Source of the DNA: Camelus dromedarius
Lineage: Eukaryota
Length of the DNA stretch: 64,000 bases
Direction: 5' to 3'
Assembly: GCF_036321535.1 (NCBI RefSeq)
Contig: NC_087436.1
Span: 88,104,001 to 88,168,000, forward strand
Shown here: in pieces, positions 55,291-64,000 of the stretch
Layout of the letters: each line of letters opens with the position of its first letter
Position numbering within the stretch: position 1 is the first letter of the stretch
Program-made: the position numbers and the translations under genes
The notes under the pieces: generated by a model
Seen by the model: the letters and a program-made list of their open reading frames with translations, nothing else
The model's database searches: none
What the model was told of the DNA's origin: nothing

Positions 55291-55766
55291 TAGATTTACT
55301 TCTAGAAGCAGCACTGATACTAATTAACGTTCAAATTGTCTTTGAGAGTAAAATAAATAATCCCTTTTTTTAAAGAAAAAATATATATAATATCTTTCAA
55401 GTATAAAGGAAGTTTTTATAAAGGGTTTTTTTGTTGTTGTTGTTCATTTTCAGTGTTTATTTCTTCATTCACTGTCCTTAACTGATATAAACTCAAAATA
55501 ATATAAACCTTGCCTTCATTTCAAATGGAAAATGCGTTTTTATTTCCCCGTGGTCTTGATCCTAGACAATGGTTATCATTTTTGTTTCTTAGCAAAATTA
55601 ATTCTTGGCTTTGAAATCCTTTCTAGAATTAAAAAATGCAGCATGCAGAGTCATTTCTACTGGGCAACTTTATTTTGATGATATATTTGCTTCCTAATCT
55701 AAACTATGATTTTGGGGGGCAAATGGAATTTTAAAATCTGTCCTAGAACAGCATAAAAAGTTAATA

Positions 55767-55961
55767 CAGTTGACCCTTGAACGACGCAGGGCACCAACCC
55801 TCCACGCAGTCGGAAACCCATGTATAACTCACATTCAGCCCTCCACATTGGTGATTCAGCCAGCTGTGGATCATGGTGAGCAGTGGTGTTCACTGCTGAA
55901 AAAAATCCTCAGTATAAACACACCCGCACAGTTCAAACCTGTGTTGTTCAAGTGTTGACTG
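55767..55961 (+). mobile_element. Tigger2-derived non-autonomous element
   Basis: TIRs ta|cagttgacccttgaac ... gttcaagtgttgactg. Confidence 0.85.
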
Positions 55962-57107
55962 TGTTTTTTTCGTTGAAGAAGTGGCTTCATACCTAGGAAA
56001 GTAAATTACTCAGTAGAGAGCCACAAAGAGACTCTCAAAAGGGAGAAATTCCTAGTCAGCTTATGATTAAAGTGATACCCTCATTTTTAAAAAGTTGACC
56101 TCGTGGCTCAATAAACATTTTCAGTATTGCTCGTAGCACTGTTAAACTTAGCTAAGTCACTGATGGCAACCATCATAAAGTGCTTCAGGACTAGTGTGAA
56201 TTTTTAAGATGTTGGTCTTGATAGGTTTGCTCCCATCAACTTTACACTTAAGTGAGACAACAGTGAAACTCTGCCTGGTAGCTTCCTAACCTGGATGAAT
56301 CTGTCTCTGGGTTTATCTTACACCTGTACCTTTAGGACAAGAGCCAGCACAAAGCCAGCCCTAACGTTTTTAATCAGCTTTGAATTTAAGAGGCTTAGAC
56401 CAGCTCACCACTAAAGTAATGCTAATTTTCCCCGAAGACCCAATCACGGGATTCTAAAGCCTGCCACTGGCACAGTACAGCCTATTGGGTACCACATACG
56501 GGCAGTGTATTTCCAGTCCGTAAAGAGAATGCTTTGCCCCAAATGTTACTCTTATTAGTGTAAGTTATCCTTGTTGTATTATTAATAATTCTCAAATTAT
56601 TACTAACAACAATACTAATATTAGTTACATGTATTTAAAGCTATGCTATATAATTTAACTGTCTACAAACTCTATGAGGTATGTGGTATCACTATTTTAT
56701 TCTTAAAAATCAGGCTCAGATTGGTTAAGAAACTTGGCTGAATCACATGGGTAGTTTAAGTGACTGATGTGAATGGCTTGGGGGTAGTTATTCATTCTTT
56801 GGTGATGATGGTTACAGCAGTTTTTCTCTTAACCTAAAATAAATGATGTTCAACTAAATTAGTTAAGGATATAAAAGAAAACACTGAGATTAAGATGAAA
56901 AATAATCCATCTAATTCTCCTTTCTGAAGCAAAGACAAGTAACAATAATAGACATCACCTTTTACTTTACCTTCATTATTCTCTGTATTTCTAATAATCT
57001 AACCATAAACTCAGGTTAAATCTGTTATGGTTTTCAACATCACTAATGCAAATACTGTTGAATTTTCTTTAACCTGATTAAAGTGTACTTTTTAATATTA
57101 CTTTTAG

Positions 57108-57272
<165 letters not shown>

Positions 57273-59807
57273 TAGAAGTATTCGTCTCAAAACAACTCAT
57301 AATCATAAAAAATCAGTAAACGTCTTAAATGTTATCTAAGAGTAGCGGGAGTGGTTAGTGCATAAATCATGTTTCCAGGAAGATTTACGACATGGGAACT
57401 TATTCTCGGTGTTAGTGACAAAAAGCAGAATCGGTCTGATTCCTGATTTTGATTTTTAACGATTGCATCTACAAATACTCATTTCAGCAGTGCCTGGAAG
57501 GAAGGTGCACAGAGGGCAGCTGTCACCATCTCTGGACAGTGTGATTATGACTCTGTTCCTTTCTGTTTTTAATCAAATTCTACATAATGAACAAATACTA
57601 CTTTTAGAAAAAGAGGCTCTTTGATAAGTCTGCATTTTATAGTTGCTTTCTGTGTCTGGTAAAAAGTGCCAGATATTTAGAAGGTAGAAAATCAGACGGT
57701 TTAAGTATAAATGATAAGTCAGTCTGGTCTGTACTAAATTTCACTTTTGAACTTTTTGAAGAAAGGTCATGAGGAGCAGATCAGTATTGTACCTACAGCT
57801 AATCAAAGAGAGCAAACTCTTTGGGAGCCTTAACAGATGCAAACCTTCTGTTTCTACTCGTTATTTTTGCATTCACTGAAGCAAATCTTACAAATGGAAA
57901 TACTCAGCTAGCAAAGAGTTTGTGTTCTAGTCCATTTCCAATAAGTCACAAAACTATATTAAAATGTTTTTTGATATTTTGTTGGGTAATCTGGGTTATT
58001 TTTTAGATTCCCTTGAAAATCAATGATTGCAAATATTCAAAAAACATAAACTTCTTTGGTAACCCTGTTTAGTTTCTCTGTTTTATCTCTCAATGAGTAT
58101 GACTCCACCAAGTGACAATTACGTATTTTTTCTAAACCACTTTTCTCTTTTTTTTTTTCTTAAGGCTTAAAGAACTTAACTCATCAAATAGTTGCCAGCA
58201 CTCCCACAGAAATACATAGCATATTGAATTACTAATTTGTGAAACAGAGATACATTGCTTTTGTTCAGAACCACAGGCTTATTTATATACCCACTGGGCA
58301 AGCAAGTGACCATAGGAGGGCATGGATTCATGACGAAGTGAACTGCACTTTCCTGTCCGAAAGGAACAGCACAACTAAGCTTCCTGTAATGGTTGCGATG
58401 TTGGAGTGCAGACCTGGGGGGCCAGAACTTCTAGTTTTTATTTTCTAATTTATATAGAGAAGCTAGAAATCTGGATTTTTCTCTAAAATCTCCTCATTTT
58501 AAATGTGTTGTCTCAACTTCCTATTCAAATTTATTTTTAAATGTTGAGTGAACCAAGGTCATATTTAGCTGATAGGCCATCCCAGTTAGTGACTTCTGCT
58601 TTATTCAGACATTAAACATTCTACAGACTTGAACTCTTGACATTCTTTGACATTTAGAACCCAACTACCAATATAATTTATGGAAACATCCCTGAAGAGG
58701 TTTTAGCATTTCGCAAGGCCCAGAGGTCCTAATTATTTCTGTAAGAAAAAAAGGATGATAATTCCTACTTAGTCTTACTTTGTTAAAGGTAAACTGTTTT
58801 CTACAATGATGTGCTTAATACCTAACAAAATCATATGGACATTTTTATTATTATTAAATATTTTGTGCTTTGGGTGTCATCATCTCAAGGTGTTATTAAC
58901 TAAATTGGATAACTCAGTTCTGCCAAACATTTTTTACTTCCTTTTTTTTGATAGTATTTCCCCCTGCTCAGAACTGTTAGCTGTGAAACGATATGTATAA
59001 AACAAAGTTGAGATGTGATTTTGGTACCATAGTAAGTAAAAAAGTCATTTTTGGTATGATTTTTTTCAGTAGATGGTAGAAGAAAAATATTCTAAATTCT
59101 TTATTAGACATCAATTCCTCTTCACATACACATCTTTCATATAAACTATTCCTGAAATATATTGGTAGAAATATACAAAACTAAGAAGCAGAAAAATAGC
59201 TCAAAAACAGAGCCACCGCATGTGAGAGGGAAGAGCTCACTGCGTGCAACTCAGGCGTCACGGAGACTGTCTGTTAGCACAGCACTTGGGCTTGTGACTT
59301 GGGCCTTGGGTCATTAAGAAAAATCTAAATTTTTTTAGTACTTTAATATTTTTATTTTAATATTTCCTTTTTTTTAAAAGGAAGTATGCATTAAAAAATG
59401 TTTATCTTCAAGATTTAAAACGTTTAAAGTTTAGAGTCTTAAAGCCATACACGTCATTCATCTAGAGAGTTTACATACAAAGGTAAACCCCTTTGTTTAC
59501 CACTGCTGCCAGATTGCTGTATTAGACTTTATAAATTAATAATACTTATAAATCACTTATTGGGGAAAATATAAAATATTCTGAGTTGACAGCATTATTA
59601 TGTGTATGATGTCTCAAATCTAACAGTACAAGTAATAACTTTCTTTCCTTTTGCAACTCAGACCCTCTGTTAAGGATCTCAAAGTAAAAATGAATGATTT
59701 ATGAGAGTTTTTATAGAAATAATATTTTCATTGTCTACAGTATACACTAAATTTTTGTTCTCAATGAAATATGTATTTGTAATGTTCATGCATCTATTAT
59801 TTTTTAA

Positions 59808-60020
<213 letters not shown>

Positions 60021-60059
60021 TGAGAGGTTGATACGGGTGGTCTATTAGAAATTTTCACT

Positions 60060-61290
60060 TGTTCATTTATTCATTCTGTCATTCAGCAGGCGTTGACTGA
60101 GCTCATACTCAGCAGTGGATGCTGTGACAGGTGCTATGAAAACAGGGGCGGGTGGGGAGAAAGCCTACTCTCGGGCACCTACAGCCTCTTAGGCAGACAG
60201 GCAAATAAGCACTGTGACAAGTGCTTTGGCTGGAAGTTGAAAGCACTATAGGAATATATAGCATGTACCTCTAACCTGATCTGAGCTGAATGTTGAAAAA
60301 TAAGTGACCTTAGACAGGCATGTATGGAAGTTTGGGGAGGGGAGATTAACCCAAGAAGCAGCGGCATGTGTGAATAAAGGCTTGTAAGTGTGCACGGTGC
60401 TCTGGAAACTTCCGTTAGTATGGCATACCTTGTGCACAGAGTACAGAGGTTGGACGTAGAGTGTGATGAGAGAGGAGGCTGGAGGCATGGGGAACAGCAG
60501 GGTCATATGGACCTTATGTGACATAGTAACAAGACGGCTTTATCTTGAAGCAGTAAGAGCTCTTAAAGGATTTTTAGCTAGAATAGGAAATACTAGGATT
60601 TGCATTTTAGGAAGATCACTCTGGCAACAGGATAGGAAACAGACAGGGTGGTGGTGGGGAATCATGAAGAAATCTGTTAGAATAATTGGAGAAAAAGATA
60701 ATGTTGGACTGTGTCCCTAGGCAATTGCAGAGGAAACAGAAGGCAGTGATGGTTTTCAAAGTCTGAGAAAGTAATTGAGGGGATTTAATGGGAAGGAGAG
60801 AAGGTGCTAAGTGAGGAAGAGACATCAAGGACAGTTGCTTTGACATCTTGGTGGATGTTGGTACCATTCAAAGAGAACAGAGATTCTGGGAGAACAGATC
60901 TTAGTGGGGAAGGAGGGCGCGATAAGCTCACCCTTGGGTACATTGACTTGGAAGTGACTAAGAAGCATTGACGGAGGTGCCTATTATCTGAAGAGATCTG
61001 AAGTTTTAGAGGAAAGCTTGGGCAGAAGGGGAAAAAAATTAAGGATTTTTAGTGTTGTATAGGTGGGCGGTTGAAATCATGGAAGGGAAAACAAGACTGA
61101 AATAAGCTGAGATCTGCGAAGCCCAACATTTTAGGGAGGGACCTCAAATTTTTTTTTTTCCTCCAGCACCTGAGCCCACTCTTGGTGGCTTTGGTGCCAT
61201 TGAAATGGTCTTTCACAAGCCAGAGCAGTAGTTTTTCAAGATGAAAGTTTTTGATCCAGTATTGTGGGAGAGTAGAGAAAGATAACAATT
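60060..61290 (-). mobile_element. L2 LINE relic
   Basis: ttcatttattcattc 3' end, gatttgcattttaggaagatcactctggc; approximate. Confidence 0.65.
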
Positions 61291-62301
61291 GGAGAGCTAC
61301 TCACATTTTAATTGATTAGAATTATATAAAATTTTAAAAATTGAGGGTGTTTAGTGTTGGTATTAGAATTTATCCAAAGCTTACTGTGAATTGTTTTTAA
61401 ACAGAAAGTATGTTTATTGCTAATGTTCTAGTTAATATCACCTGAGAGTTTCTAGCATGGAGTACTCAGCATGGGAATATGATAGAGAAACTGAGCTTTG
61501 CTATTCTTCTAAGTCACATATTGATGGGGTAACAATTATTTTGTTTGAAGCAGTGCTATGGATTCTCAGAACATTTGATATATACCAAATACTTAATTTC
61601 AATTTGTTTCATCAAAAATTCCCGAGTACCTGCTCTGTGTAAGCACTGGAGATAATACTAGAGGAACAGAGATGAATCACACATGGTCCAGGGACTCTTG
61701 TGTAGCAGGGGGAGACAAATCACCATCACATGGTGAATGTCCAAGTATAATTGCCCAGGGGTGGTGGTGGTATCAGAAAAGGCGTCCTTGGAGTCTAGAG
61801 GCAGTGTTCAGGGTGATTAGGGCTTTGCTTGGTGCATATTCCATGTAAAGGAGGTGACACGTACTGACACATAGGTCCATAAAGGCACCCTATGCTTGGG
61901 GAACACGTTCGGCTTTTTTGTAGTGTGAAGTTCAGGAGGGAGTGGTGGAAGTTGAAATTGGGGAGATAAGCAGGAGCCAGGTCATAAGGGGATTTGTATG
62001 ACATGCAAATGAACTTGAATCTTATATTCAAATACAAATTCAAAACACTTCACAAAGCCAAATAAATATACACCCAGTTTTGGGTCATCATGGAATTGTA
62101 CTGAAATAAATTTTGGAAATATTGTACACCAGATTCACAGTAAGCACTAAACAGATCTTTATCTCTGAAGTTGTTACTTATTCTGAATATTTGCAAAAGC
62201 ACTTTATTGAAGCACAGTTAACAATATACATTGAAAAAAACACTAAAATGTTAATAGACATTAATTAAATCTGGTGAGATGACAGGTGATTTTTTTAAAA
62301 A

Positions 62302-62343
62302 TTTTTATTGAAGTATAGCTGATTTACGTTGTGTTCGTTTCTG
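62302..62343 (-). mobile_element. Very short L1 3' stub
   Basis: ttttattgaagtatagctgatttacgttgtgttcgtttctg; degenerate TSD tgacaggtgatttt / tgacatgtgactttt. Confidence 0.7.
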
Positions 62344-62696
62344 TGACATGTGACTTTTAAAAATCATTTTTATATTTTCTGAGCTTTCAAAGAGGGCATA
62401 TTTTATAATCATGAGGGAGAAGGGTGAAGTGGTGGTTTTTAAAGAAAGCAGATCTGTATTTAAAATAGAGATAAGCTTTCCAGTAGTCTCCTCAGAGACT
62501 TGTTTCCAATAACGTGAAATCTCTTGATTAAAAAAAAAAATAGACATTTGATTTTTGTAACATGTACCTTATGCCAAGTAATCTTTCTCCTTATGCTGTT
62601 TTTTGGTTGTTTGTAAAAAATGTCAGTATAGATACGCTATTGACCTGTTTATGTTGAAATAGTTGAGTCAAACATGGGCATTTTATTTCTGTGTAG

Positions 62697-62912
<216 letters not shown>

Positions 62913-62944
62913 TGAGCATTTTCTTACTGGATCAGTAATCTTAA

Positions 62945-63094
<150 letters not shown>

Positions 63095-63263
63095 TGAAGG
63101 AAGGGACGTTACTGTGTCTCCTTGCTTGTCTTTTCTAACTGACCTGACTTACGGTGTTGACTAAGAGTGAAAAAACTGTCACTTGTCTTTGTGGCACTTG
63201 GCAGCCATGCTCATTAAGTATTCGCCCAGTAGGTATTAGACCAAATAAAACTCCACTCACTGA

Positions 63264-63578
<315 letters not shown>

Positions 63579-64000
63579 TAGTTACAACTGCATGTGAATC
63601 AAGGGTTTTAACCCTGGGATCTTTGCTTATTAAGGTCAGAGTAAGGTCAAAAGGTAACAATCTAAATTGGGGACTAAATATGGTTAGTACAATTAGTCAA
63701 TAGCAGAAGAAGTCTGAAATAAAAGGAACATCTAATTTTTTTTTTCTTTATCTTTAAAAATATAAAGTAAAAATGGATTTCTTCAAAAGTATTTTTTTTA
63801 ATGTAGAGTGTGCTTACTCTTAAATGTTTACATGAGCGATACTAATTAATGTGCAGCAGAACAGTAAAAAAATTACATTAAATTTATCAAACAGTTTTAA
63901 AGAGGGTGGCCCTGAAGCTAACTGGACGGCTGAGGGGCTTTGGCTGTCAAGAACGCTCTGCTGGGGCCGAGCCCCTGCCTGACACTGCTCACCGCTTTAT

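Overview
Mammalian genomic DNA lying entirely inside one + strand gene, FRYL (FRY-like / furry homolog-like). I traced 40 consecutive internal coding exons (1592-63542). All have GT-AG boundaries and splice into one uninterrupted frame of 6285 nt (2095 codons, [13 protein letters not shown]...DVELEDAE); start and stop codons lie outside the window. Vic-1-type tRNA-derived SINEs point to a camelid genome (inference). Introns hold the usual repeats: L1 3' stubs with target-site duplications (TSDs), Tigger and hAT (MER58/MER5/MER20) relics, MIR and L2. I see no new multi-gene system. Best leads: (1) a TSD-flanked, tailless retroposed 5' half of tRNA-Arg(TCT) ending at the anticodon; (2) an L1 stub inserted between a branch point and its 3' splice site; (3) cryptic or alternative splicing signals, including an in-frame stronger downstream donor, an in-exon donor identical to the real one, a 21-nt poison microexon, AG|GTAAG recursive-type sites and a possible intronic terminal exon; (4) CTCF-like motifs. 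Repeat names and human comparisons come from memory, not database searches.
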